DNA of 64,000 bases from positions 1,824,001 to 1,888,000 of the forward strand of contig OZ242260.1 of assembly GCA_965207065.1 (NCBI GenBank), given 5' to 3'. Position numbers and translations under genes: made by a program. The DNA is from a bacterium (GTDB lineage Bacteria; UBA8248). How positions within the stretch are numbered: the first letter of the stretch is position 1; each line of letters starts with the position of its first letter. The notes beneath the pieces are model-generated. The model was not told the origin of the DNA, searched no databases, and saw only the letters and a program-made list of their open reading frames with translations. Positions 29,394-38,646 of the stretch are shown one piece after another.

Positions 29394-30284
29394 TTACCTT
29401 TCCATGTCGCGGGGAACGTAGCGCGGGTCGACGACGGAGCGGTCCAGATCGCGCAGCACCTCATCGAGCACCGAAAACTGGCGTTCGACCAGTTCGCGTC
29501 CCATGAGAATGGCCCCGTAGCCGGGGGCGAGATTTTCGATGTCGTATCTCTCGAAGACGTCGGCGATGCCTTTGCGGACATGCCCGGTATCGACGCCCTC
29601 GAGCCACCAGTAGCGCGTGTTCAGCAGGAACGAGCGTACGAACTCAGGTGTCGTCACGGAATCTTCCTCCACCGACCAGGGGCCTTCGGGGTCGTCTCCC
29701 CACACATGGCTGAACATGTCCGAAGAGAACAGGGTGCGGGTGGCTTCGTCGTAAATCCACATGGTGGTGATGAGGCGGATTGGCGCGTTGATGCCGCTGA
29801 TGACCCTGTTCTCGTTCCCCCCGACGCGGCATTCGAGCTCGTTTCCCAGCACTGTCGTCGGGAAGATCTGCTCCTCCTCGCTCTTGGGGCCGAATTTCTC
29901 CACGTCGAAGTCGAGCCAGAAGTCCATGTCGGGCCGCCGGGCGAAGCACTCCACGACGTTGAACTCGCGGGCGAGCGCGGCGGCGTTCCCGACGGACATG
30001 AACTCGTTGAGCCTGAGCGGGTAGATCGACAGCGGGGTGTCGGGCGCGATGATGGAGCCGATTTGCTCGAACAGGGATTGCTTGTGGCCGTTGTAGCCCG
30101 TGTCGAGCAGAATTGCTCCGTCATCCTCGCAAAGGAGATAGCAGTTGGACGGAGCGAAGCCCCTGGCGCTTTTGGGATAGGCGCTGATCCGCCCGTCGAG
30201 CTCGAAGACGTTGTGCAAGGCGTAGGCCTTGCCGCCGCCCAAATCCGTGACGCCGCTGTAGGACAACACGCCGCTGTCGGTCAT
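29394..30284 (-). CDS. Degenerate MBL-fold protein (paralog-like partner of 28618-29391)
   Basis: SNCYLL, LLDTG, TLFSSDMF, LAPGYG; His ligands replaced (RLNEFMS, PGYG). Confidence 0.65.
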   Translation of the reverse strand: MTDSGVLSYSGVTDLGGGKAYALHNVFELDGRISAYPKSARGFAPSNCYLLCEDDGAILLDTGYNGHKQSLFEQIGSIIAPDTPLSIYPLRLNEFMSVGNAAALAREFNVVECFARRPDMDFWLDFDVEKFGPKSEEEQIFPTTVLGNELECRVGGNENRVISGINAPIRLITTMWIYDEATRTLFSSDMFSHVWGDDPEGPWSVEEDSVTTPEFVRSFLLNTRYWWLEGVDTGHVRKGIADVFERYDIENLAPGYGAILMGRELVERQFSVLDEVLRDLDRSVVDPRYVPRDMER

Positions 30285-30370
30285 GGATGAATACCTCCGG
30301 TTATCCTTGAGCGGAACGCCGCCGCTGCTTCGCGCTCTTCGGGGTCCCTCTCACTTCGGGATTTTCATGG

Positions 30371-30396
30371 TGTCGACATTAAAGATGTCGACATTA
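30371..30396. promoter_or_regulatory. Candidate tandem operator in a divergent intergenic region
   Basis: TGTCGACATTA twice, 15 bp apart, each containing the palindrome TGTCGACA. Confidence 0.45.
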
Positions 30397-30611
30397 GACA
30401 GGATTCGAAGGGTTTTTGCACCCCGATCCGCGCAAAAAACGCCGCCCGTCGTCGTGGGGTTTTCCTGGACGCCATGCGAAGCGGCCCACCTGAAAAACAA
30501 AAATTTGTATGTTCCATCGATAAATGGTATAAGCTTTAATACCTATCACCCACAGAAAGTGGGGGTTTCTTACCTGCCCCATCATACCCACCCCTTGAAG
30601 GAGGGAACACG

Positions 30612-31601
30612 ATGTTGAGCTTCAAACGCATACTCGTACTCGCAGCCGTTCTCATTTTATGGAGCGCTCCCGCGCTGGCAATGAAGTTCCCCTCCAAACC
30701 GATGGAGCTGATCTGCACGACCTCGCCTGGTTCGAGCGTGGCGGTCTGGTGCCAGCTTCTCGCCCAGGAGTTTCCAAAGGTGCTCGGCGTTCCCATGCGG
30801 GTGACCTTCAAGAGCGGCGGCTCGCAGCACGAGCCGGTTCTCTACGTTTCGGGCAAGCCCGCCGACGGACACATCATCATGCACATCAGCGCCAGCTTCT
30901 ACGGGTATTTCCACCTGCCGCACTACAGGAGGACTTACAACGACTTCCAGACGCTGGCCCAGGTCGAGAAGCACGTCTACGGCGTCGCGGTAAAGTGCAA
31001 CAACAAGTACGGCATCAAGACGTTCGAGGACCTCGTCGCCTACGCCAAGAAGAACCCCGGCAAACTGTCGATGGGCTCCAACAAGCGGGGCTCCACGCAC
31101 CACCGTCATCAGCTCGCCTTCCTGAAAGCCGCAGGCATCGGTGACAAAGTCAAGACGATCTTCTACCGTGGCGACGGCAACGTGGTGAAGGACGTACTCG
31201 GCGGCCATCTCCCCAGCGGGCAGGCTTCGCCGCGCACGTGGAGGCCGCATATCGAGGCGGGAACCATCTGCCCGCTCGTATCGCAGACCCATAAGCGCCT
31301 CTCGCACGACCCGATCTGGAAGAACGTCCGGAGCGCAGTGGAAGTCGGCCTCAAATACGACCTCCCGCTCCACTGGCAGGGCCTCATGGTCAAGCGGGGC
31401 ACGCCTCCGGCAATCATGAAAAAACTGGAGGAAGCCGTCTACAAGGTGACCAGCTCGCCCGACTACAAGAAGTATCTCGCCAATGGGACGCACATCGTCC
31501 TGGACGTCAAGACGGGCTCGGAGTGGCTCAACAAGGACATGGCGAAGAACCAGGCGGTCGTGAAACAATTCATGATCAACCACAATATCATCAAGAAATA
31601 G
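30612..31601 (+). CDS. tctC: Tripartite tricarboxylate transporter substrate-binding protein (divergent)
   Basis: Signal peptide, FPSKPMELI, KPADGH, YAKKNPGKL, VLGGHL; followed by tctB and tctA. Confidence 0.85.
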   Translation: MLSFKRILVLAAVLILWSAPALAMKFPSKPMELICTTSPGSSVAVWCQLLAQEFPKVLGVPMRVTFKSGGSQHEPVLYVSGKPADGHIIMHISASFYGYFHLPHYRRTYNDFQTLAQVEKHVYGVAVKCNNKYGIKTFEDLVAYAKKNPGKLSMGSNKRGSTHHRHQLAFLKAAGIGDKVKTIFYRGDGNVVKDVLGGHLPSGQASPRTWRPHIEAGTICPLVSQTHKRLSHDPIWKNVRSAVEVGLKYDLPLHWQGLMVKRGTPPAIMKKLEEAVYKVTSSPDYKKYLANGTHIVLDVKTGSEWLNKDMAKNQAVVKQFMINHNIIKK

Positions 31602-31614
31602 AGGTTTTTGAACG

Positions 31615-31636
31615 GACGGCGGGAGGTTCCGCCGTC
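31615..31636 (+). terminator. GC-rich hairpin after tctC (mRNA stabiliser or partial terminator)
   Basis: GACGGCGG-GAGGTT-CCGCCGTC stem-loop; no U-tract. Confidence 0.35.
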
Positions 31637-31650
31637 GATAAGGCGCGAAG

Positions 31651-32199
31651 ATGACGGAAGAAAAAGAAAATAGCGCGTCCACTCCCTATGAGTTGAAGGT
31701 TCCGATGAGGGCGGCGGTGTTGACCACCACCGCCCTCATCCTGGGGGGACTCGTTTATCTCTACTACGAAACCTATGCGATGCAACCTCCGTACGAGCCG
31801 GGGTATCCGGGTGACGCCTTTTTCCCCCGGCTGACCCTGGGTTTCTCGATTATCTGGGCGCTCATCGTCCTGGGGCGCGGGTTTTTCCTGCCCCCGGAGG
31901 CGCAGTCCGCAGGCGGCGAGGAGCCATACCTCCAGGCGCATTGGCTGGAGTTCGCCTCCATCGTCGTGTTCGTTTACCTCTACGCGGTTCTGCTCGAACC
32001 GGTAGGATTCGAGATCATGACCGTCGCGCTCATGATGTGCCTGCTGGTGCCGCGCATGCGGGCGGAATCGGCGCCGCGCGGCGCGCTTTTGCTGGGTTTT
32101 TTGTTGTCTCTGGCGGCGATGATCGTCCTGTATCTGGGACTGGTGCCGATGCTGAACATCCCGTTGCCGCTCAAATTCTTGCCGATCTACATCTTCTAG
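31651..32199 (+). CDS. tctB: Tripartite tricarboxylate transporter TctB
   Basis: About 4 TM segments, PGDAFFP, LNIPLP; lies between tctC and tctA. Confidence 0.82.
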   Translation: MTEEKENSASTPYELKVPMRAAVLTTTALILGGLVYLYYETYAMQPPYEPGYPGDAFFPRLTLGFSIIWALIVLGRGFFLPPEAQSAGGEEPYLQAHWLEFASIVVFVYLYAVLLEPVGFEIMTVALMMCLLVPRMRAESAPRGALLLGFLLSLAAMIVLYLGLVPMLNIPLPLKFLPIYIF

Positions 32200-32228
32200 G
32201 GCCGTAATTGATGGAAGGGCAGTGATAG

Positions 32229-33758
32229 ATGGAAGGAACTCTCGGTCACATATTCGCAGCGACCAGCCAACTCGCCTCGCCCGCCATCCTTGCGATCATG
32301 CTGGGGGGAGTCGCCATCGGCGTCCTCATGGGCGCCATGCCAGGATTCGGCAGTTCACAGGCATTGGCCCTTCTTTTTCCCCTGACCTTCACGATGCCCG
32401 TGGAGCACGCGACCATGTTCTTCCTCGCCGTCTACTCGGGGGTCGAATACGGAAGCTCCATTCCGGCCATCCTGATCCGCACGCCGGGGACGGGTGCGTC
32501 CGCGGTTACCGTGCTCGACGGCTACGCCATGACCCGCAACGGTCTCGCGCGCAAGGCGCTGCGCATCTCCCTCTACTCAGGGGTGATCGGCGGCGTCACG
32601 AGCACGCTGATTTTCATTATCGCAGGCACCTCGCTCGGCAACGTCGCCCTGATGTTCGGGCCGGGCGAATTGTTCGCGGTCGGCGTGTTCGGTCTGTCGA
32701 TCGTGGCGAGCTTCTTCGGAAAGGACGCCGCGCGCGGTTTCCTCGCCACGGGCATCGGATTGTTGCTGGCCACGGTCGGGAGTTCGGGCTTCGGCGGACT
32801 GCGCTTCACCTTCGACCAGGGTTACCTGATGGACGGCATTCCGCTGGTCGTGGTCATCATCGCCTTTCTGGCGGGGCCCGAGGCGTTCCACCTCCTGGTG
32901 GAGCACCGGCGCACCATCGAGAACAAAGAAACCGCCGCTGAAGGAGCCTCCGCCGAGCGCAACCGGATTCAGCGGTGGGAAGTGCGCAGCCTCATTCCCA
33001 CATGGATTCGCGCGAGCTTGATCGGAACAGGGGTCGGCGCGGTTCCGGGAGCGGGCGGATCCATCGCCGGCATGCTGGCCTACAGCGAGGAGAGGCGGTG
33101 GTCGAAGCGCTCGGATAAATTCGGCACCGGCATCATCGAGGGCGTCGCCGCGCCCGAGTGTTCGAACAACGCCTTGGTCGCGGGCACGCTCGTGCCCTCG
33201 CTCTCGCTCGGCATTCCGGGTTCGGGCGGCGCGGCCATTCTACTGGGCGTCCTGATCAGCAAGGGTCTGGTTCCCGGCCCGCTGCTCTTCCGGGACAACG
33301 GTACGTTCGTGATGACGGTGTTCATCGGCCTTTTCGTGATCAACCTCATGCTCCTGTGCACGGGCCTCGTCGGCACCCGCGCCTTCAGCCTCGTCGCCAA
33401 GGTGCCCCGCCGCATCCTGGGGCCGTTCGTCCTGATTCTCATCGTCGTCGGCAGCTTCGTGTACGCGAACTACACGTCCCACGTCGTCATGGTGCTCATC
33501 CTGGGCGCGCTCGCCTATTTCTTCGAGAAGATCAACATTCCCGTCGTGCCCATCGTGCTCGCCTTCATCATGGGGCCGATTATCGAGATCAACCTGAGCC
33601 GCGCGCTCACGATCTCGGGTGGGGACATGTGGGCTCTCCTGTCCAGCCCCATCACGGCGACCATTCTCGTGCTCTCCCTCATCACGGCGGTCTACAGCAT
33701 GGCCGCCATGTTCCGAGCGGCGAAACTCGGGCTTACCGGGGGAACTTCCGCCGAATAG
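32229..33758 (+). CDS. tctA: Tripartite tricarboxylate transporter TctA
   Basis: GAMPG, GSSIPAILIRTPG, LDGYAM, GVAAPECSNNA, GIPG. Confidence 0.92.
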   Translation: MEGTLGHIFAATSQLASPAILAIMLGGVAIGVLMGAMPGFGSSQALALLFPLTFTMPVEHATMFFLAVYSGVEYGSSIPAILIRTPGTGASAVTVLDGYAMTRNGLARKALRISLYSGVIGGVTSTLIFIIAGTSLGNVALMFGPGELFAVGVFGLSIVASFFGKDAARGFLATGIGLLLATVGSSGFGGLRFTFDQGYLMDGIPLVVVIIAFLAGPEAFHLLVEHRRTIENKETAAEGASAERNRIQRWEVRSLIPTWIRASLIGTGVGAVPGAGGSIAGMLAYSEERRWSKRSDKFGTGIIEGVAAPECSNNALVAGTLVPSLSLGIPGSGGAAILLGVLISKGLVPGPLLFRDNGTFVMTVFIGLFVINLMLLCTGLVGTRAFSLVAKVPRRILGPFVLILIVVGSFVYANYTSHVVMVLILGALAYFFEKINIPVVPIVLAFIMGPIIEINLSRALTISGGDMWALLSSPITATILVLSLITAVYSMAAMFRAAKLGLTGGTSAE

Positions 33759-33983
33759 GCGGGATAGATGGGGGCGCTCGCCCGGTTGTGGAAGCCTCGT
33801 CGACGATATGCCCGATGTGTCGGAACCGTTGTAGCCGGGTGATTCTCCACTCGCGGGCGTGGAACAGTCCTTCTCGATGGTCGATCTTTTCTCCTCCTCC
33901 AATTCATTGCCGACACGCCCTCGACCGCCGCGTAAATTTCCGATAATCGAAAGACTCTAATTAATTAGCACAGGAGAAAAATC

Positions 33984-34859
33984 GTGAGTGAAAAGCTTGG
34001 AATGATCGGACTGGGAAAGATGGGGCTCCCGCTCTCGCGGCAGATGATGGCGGACGGCCACGGGATCGTCGGCTACGATATCGACCCCGCGCGGATGAAG
34101 ATGCTGGAGGAGGAAGGCGGGCGCCCCGCCGCTTCGGCGAAGGAAGTGGCCGAGCAAAGCGAAATCACTTTCAGCATACTCCTGAAACCAGAGCACATCG
34201 AAGAAAACACGTTCGGCCCGAAAGGAATCGTCGCCGCCGGAAAGAAGGGTCACATTCACGTCGAAATGAGCACCATGGAGCCCTCCTTTCAGGCCGGTCT
34301 GGCCGAGCGGCTCGCCGCCGAGGGCATCGAGATGCTGGATGCGCCGATATCGGGTTCCCACAACAGGGTCGATACGAGAACCATTTCCTTCATGGTGGGC
34401 GGCAATAAAGAAGTCTTCGAGCGGGTAAAGCCGATTCTCGATCCGCTGGCGGCGGATGCGGCCCACACGGGTCCGAGCGGAACCGGGGCCACCATGAAAG
34501 TCGTGACCAACCTATTCGTCAACTCGTGCACGGCGCTGTTCGCCGAGTTGATCGTGGTGGGCGAGCGCGCGGGCCTCTCGCACGAGATTATGCAGCACTG
34601 CCTCTCGAAGGGTTCCGTGCAAGGCTCCATGCTTTCACAGACTGCCCCCAGAATGTTCGAGCGGGATTTCGCCCCGCGCGGCGCGGTGGAAATATTCGTG
34701 AAGGACATGGGCCTCGCGATCAAGCTTGCCGAGGAGCACGGGATCGAACTCGCCATTGTTCCCGCGGCGCGCAAGATGTTCGAGCGGGCCGAGGCCGCTG
34801 GCTGGGGCAAGGACGACGCGAGCCGCGTCATCGAGGTGTACGAAGGGAAGGATAAGTAA
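33984..34859 (+). CDS. Beta-hydroxyacid dehydrogenase (3-hydroxyisobutyrate dehydrogenase family)
   Basis: IGLGKMG, DAPISG, MVGG, K-x-x-x-N (MKVVTN), KDMGLA. Confidence 0.9.
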   Translation: MSEKLGMIGLGKMGLPLSRQMMADGHGIVGYDIDPARMKMLEEEGGRPAASAKEVAEQSEITFSILLKPEHIEENTFGPKGIVAAGKKGHIHVEMSTMEPSFQAGLAERLAAEGIEMLDAPISGSHNRVDTRTISFMVGGNKEVFERVKPILDPLAADAAHTGPSGTGATMKVVTNLFVNSCTALFAELIVVGERAGLSHEIMQHCLSKGSVQGSMLSQTAPRMFERDFAPRGAVEIFVKDMGLAIKLAEEHGIELAIVPAARKMFERAEAAGWGKDDASRVIEVYEGKDK

Positions 34860-35046
34860 TTAACCTTCGGGGGTGGAGGCCGGCGCCTGTGGGCGGTCTC
34901 GCTGATTATTCACGTTCTTGGGAAATCGGCTATTCCCATATCAATTTACCTGCTTTCTCCATTTGTTATTCTGGATGAATTCATAATAGTCTTGAGCGGC
35001 GTATTCAGACGATGAACATGGATTTTCATATCGTGGAAGGGAAAAT

Positions 35047-36225
35047 ATGAGCGTTGCCGATATCCGGGTGGAAGGACATTGCCATAGCGATTTTTCAGTA
35101 GTGGAAGAAGAATTTCGTGAAAATTTCGTGAGCCGGGGCGAGATCGGCGCCGCCGTATGCGTGTACAAGGACGGCGAGAAAGTCGTTGACCTCTGGGGAG
35201 GCCACCGGGACGAGGCCCGCACGCAGCCCTGGACGGAAGACACCATCGTGCTCATGAGTTCCATCGCCAAGAGCATCACCGCGCTCTCCGTCCACATGCT
35301 CGTGGACCGGGGCCTGGTTTCGCTGGAGGAACCGGTGGCGCGGTATTGGCCGGAATTCGCCCAGAGCGGCAAGGAAAACATACTGCTGCGGCACACCATC
35401 TCCCATCAATGCGGCGTCATCTTCTGCGACGCCGCCAAGCCCGGCGACTTTTTCGATTACCCGGCCCAGGTGGCCGCTATCGCAGCCCAGGAACCCGCTT
35501 GGCCCGCGGGAACGAGGGGCGCATACAACTCCATCAACTTCGGGTTCATCCACGGCGAAATCGTCCGCCGGGTGAGTGGCAAGCGAATCCGCGACTTCAT
35601 CCGGGAGGAGATTACGGGTCCGCTGGGTGCTGATTACAACGTCGGGCTGAACGAAGAAGAACTCGCGCGGGTCGCGCCCATGCACCGCAATCCCGAGAAC
35701 AAATTCTGGGAGCTGGGCGAAAAGTCCGGCACGATGCTGAACAGGGCGTGGGGGAGCCGGCCGCTGGGCGTCGATCTGGTGAATTGCCGTGAGAACCGCG
35801 TGGGCGAGAACCCATCCTCGGGCGGCCACGGAAACGCGCGCGGCATCGCACGCGTGTACGCGATGCTGGCCAATAATGGAGAAATCGACGGCGTCCGCCT
35901 GCTCAAGCCCGAAACGGTGGAGCAACTCTCAATAATTCAGTGGGAGGGCATCTGCCCGATGACCGGTTCGGCCCGGCGAATGGGCCTCGGCTTCATGCAC
36001 AACTGCCCCCCGAACACACTGATGGGAAGCAACATGAAGGCCTTCGGCCATGGCGGCTCAGGCGGGGCATTCACGTTCTGCGACAGGGCGCGGAACATGG
36101 CGTTCGGCTTCTGCACCAACTTCCAGCCCGAGGGCATGCCCCCCGGAATCCGCCCACGTTCGCTGGTCACAGCCGCCTGTGGAACGGCGCCGGACTGGCA
36201 TCCCGAGGCGGTACAACCATCCTAG
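35047..36225 (+). CDS. Serine hydrolase of the beta-lactamase/family VIII esterase fold
   Basis: VVDLWGG, S-x-x-K (SIAK), YWPEFAQ, AYN, FGHGGSGG. Confidence 0.88.
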   Translation: MSVADIRVEGHCHSDFSVVEEEFRENFVSRGEIGAAVCVYKDGEKVVDLWGGHRDEARTQPWTEDTIVLMSSIAKSITALSVHMLVDRGLVSLEEPVARYWPEFAQSGKENILLRHTISHQCGVIFCDAAKPGDFFDYPAQVAAIAAQEPAWPAGTRGAYNSINFGFIHGEIVRRVSGKRIRDFIREEITGPLGADYNVGLNEEELARVAPMHRNPENKFWELGEKSGTMLNRAWGSRPLGVDLVNCRENRVGENPSSGGHGNARGIARVYAMLANNGEIDGVRLLKPETVEQLSIIQWEGICPMTGSARRMGLGFMHNCPPNTLMGSNMKAFGHGGSGGAFTFCDRARNMAFGFCTNFQPEGMPPGIRPRSLVTAACGTAPDWHPEAVQPS

Positions 36226-36266
36226 GCGGGTGATTCTTCACTCGTGAGCGAGAACCACTCTCCCCA

Positions 36267-36427
36267 GGGACTGTTGAAAAAGTCCCCAAAGAGGTTGTTA
36301 CCCCCTCAATCGAAAGTGTTCACCGTCATTCCGGCGAAAGCCGGAATGACGAAGCCTTTGATCAGTCGATGAGCAGGAGTTTAGGGACAGGACGCGACCT
36401 CGGACAGGCACGGGGGCCTGTCCCTAC
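36267..36427. repeat. Cluster of REP-like palindromes between convergent genes
   Basis: GGGACTGTTGAAAAAGTCCC; GTCATTCCGGC-GAAA-GCCGGAATGAC (36325-36350); TAGGGACAGG...CCTGTCCCTAC. Confidence 0.75.
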
Positions 36428-36482
36428 GGGTAGAATCTTCATCGTGGCGTGGAAAATATCGCAGGGGTTTCGTTCTCGTGCC

Positions 36483-37715
36483 TCAGATAACACCGTCTTG
36501 TTTGAGTCTTTCGATCTCTTCTTTCGCGAGGCCGAGGAGGTCGCCGAGAATCTCCTCGTTGTGCTCGCCGTTCAGGGGCGCGGGGGCGTCGTAGCCGCCG
36601 GGGGTTTTGTTGAATTTAAGCGGAAAGGCCGCCGTTTTGACTTCGCTCAGAGGACCCAGGGTGGGGTGGGGGAGGTCTTCGATCATGTCCCGCGCTTTCA
36701 GGTGCGGCCAGGCGAGGATGTCCCTGATGGTGTGGACCGGTCCGCAGATGACGTCGAAACGGCGCAGTTCCGCGAGCGCCTCATCCACGGTGTGCTTTTC
36801 CGTCCACTGCGTGATGACGGCGTCCACCTCGTCGTTGTTCGTGATGCGGCCGCTCAGGTCCGCATAGCGCGCGTCGCCCACCAGTTCCTCGCGCCCCACG
36901 GCGCGCAGGATATTGTTCCAGTGGGCGTCGGTGCCCGAACCGACCACCAGCCAGCCGTCCTTCGCCTGATACGCGTTGAAGGGGGAGAGGCGCATGATGC
37001 GGTTCCCCAGCCTATCGGGCAGCCCCAGCGAGTCGTAGCAGTCCATCGGCTCATCGAATACCAGGGACAAGAGGCAGTCCACCATCGAGACGTCTATCCA
37101 CTGGCCCTGGCCCGTGCGCTCGCGGTGCAGCAGCGCGGTGGTGATGGCGCCGTAGGCGAACGTGCCCCCGATGCTGTCCGCGATGGCGGAGCCCGTCTTG
37201 GTGGGGGGGCCGTCCGGGAAGCCCGTGAGATTCATGAGGCCCGAGACCGCCTGGGTGACGGCGTCATACCCCTTGAGCCGGGCGTCGGGGCCGCTCTGCC
37301 CGTAGCCGGTGATGGAGCAGTAGACGAGCCCGGGGTTGCGCTTGCTAAGCGTCTCGTAATCTATTTTGAGCCGTCCGGTGACGCCCACCGAGAAATTCTC
37401 GACGAGCACGTCGGCCTCATCCACCAGGCGGTAGAACAGGTCCAGCCCGCGCGGTTCCTTGAGGTTCAGGGTCAGGGATTTTTTGTTGCGGGTTCGCTTC
37501 AGGTAAGCGACGCCCAGATCGTCGTCGGATTGTTTGTGGAAGGACACGCCCTCAGGACCCGCGAAAGGAGGCCCCATGGCCACGACATCGCCCGTGGCCG
37601 GGTGGTTCACCTTGATGACCTCCGCCCCCAGACCGGCGAGCAGGAGCGTCGTCCAGGGACCCGAGTAGAACTGGGTCAGGTCCAGCACCCGGAATCCTTC
37701 CAGTGGTTTCGGCAT
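36483..37715 (-). CDS. Family III (CaiB/BaiF) CoA transferase
   Basis: PLEGFRVLDLT, GAEVIKV, RNKKSL, DVLVENF, YCSITGYG, GYD; start MPKPLEG at 37715. Confidence 0.92.
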   Translation of the reverse strand: MPKPLEGFRVLDLTQFYSGPWTTLLLAGLGAEVIKVNHPATGDVVAMGPPFAGPEGVSFHKQSDDDLGVAYLKRTRNKKSLTLNLKEPRGLDLFYRLVDEADVLVENFSVGVTGRLKIDYETLSKRNPGLVYCSITGYGQSGPDARLKGYDAVTQAVSGLMNLTGFPDGPPTKTGSAIADSIGGTFAYGAITTALLHRERTGQGQWIDVSMVDCLLSLVFDEPMDCYDSLGLPDRLGNRIMRLSPFNAYQAKDGWLVVGSGTDAHWNNILRAVGREELVGDARYADLSGRITNNDEVDAVITQWTEKHTVDEALAELRRFDVICGPVHTIRDILAWPHLKARDMIEDLPHPTLGPLSEVKTAAFPLKFNKTPGGYDAPAPLNGEHNEEILGDLLGLAKEEIERLKQDGVI

Positions 37716-37800
37716 GACATGCTCCTGAGAAAAGAAAACGAGACGCATTTTTCTGCATCTCGATGATTCGTATGCGGTTTTCCGTTTCGTTATCGAGCGG

Positions 37801-38646
37801 TCAGTCCCCGCCGCCGTTCGTCTTCTCCTTGACGCGGCGAGCCTCGTCCATGGGGCACAGGGTGATGCAGGTCGCGCAGATGTGCGGCGCGTTCTCGGTG
37901 AAGGCCATCATGCGCCCGGCGAGCTGGAGTTCGGGATAGCCGTAGCGTTTCTTGAAGACGTCGACGGCTTTTTCCGGCGAGACTTTTTGGGGATACATGA
38001 CCATGCACTTGTAGTGGTCCACCGCGCCGTCTCCGGGGAGGGCGCCCGCAGGACAGGGCTTGATGCACTTGTACCCGCACTCCACGCAGAAATCGGGCAC
38101 CACGCCGTATTGCCTGGGCGGGTCGGGTTCGAGCGCCGCCGTCGTGATGACGGCACCCAGACGCAGGCGCGAACCGTATTCGGCGGTGATGAGGTTGTTG
38201 TTCACGCCGATTTCGCCCATGCCTGCGTTCACCGCCGCGAGCCTCAAGTCGAAGGAGCCCTGCATGAAGACTTCCGGTTCCGGGCCTTCGCGCAGGATGC
38301 GGAGCGAGGGTATGTCCCGCCCGGCGGGCGTGGGCAGCGCCATGTGTCCTTCATCCTCGAGCCAGAGCGCCAGCCGGTATGAGAGCTTGTTGATCCAGGC
38401 CTCGTGCCCGTAATAGCCGAATTCCAGATAGCCCACCGTAGGGCGTGAAGTGGCGTTGCCGAAGGGCATGCGGCGCGCGAAGACGACGACGCTTCTGGCT
38501 TCCTTTACGAGGTCTTCGGGCTTGCAGCCGGGGAGCGCTTTCTCGTAACCCTCGCAAGAGGAAATGTTTACGAGGTCAGCGCCGAATTCCCGGGCCTGCG
38601 CCTTGACTTCGGCGGAGGAAATCCCGGTGCCTGAGCCGTTATCCAT
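37801..38646 (-). CDS. QueG/RdhA-like 2x[4Fe-4S] (probably cobalamin-binding) oxidoreductase, paralog 2
   Basis: AAVNAGMGEIG.N, YGSRLRLGAVIT, CVECGYKCIKPCP, HYKC, CATCITLCP. Confidence 0.75.
   Translation of the reverse strand: MDNGSGTGISSAEVKAQAREFGADLVNISSCEGYEKALPGCKPEDLVKEARSVVVFARRMPFGNATSRPTVGYLEFGYYGHEAWINKLSYRLALWLEDEGHMALPTPAGRDIPSLRILREGPEPEVFMQGSFDLRLAAVNAGMGEIGVNNNLITAEYGSRLRLGAVITTAALEPDPPRQYGVVPDFCVECGYKCIKPCPAGALPGDGAVDHYKCMVMYPQKVSPEKAVDVFKKRYGYPELQLAGRMMAFTENAPHICATCITLCPMDEARRVKEKTNGGGD

Noticed and set aside
35047-36225. Beta-lactam resistance gene
   Set aside because: No signal peptide; features fit cytoplasmic family VIII esterase-like hydrolases
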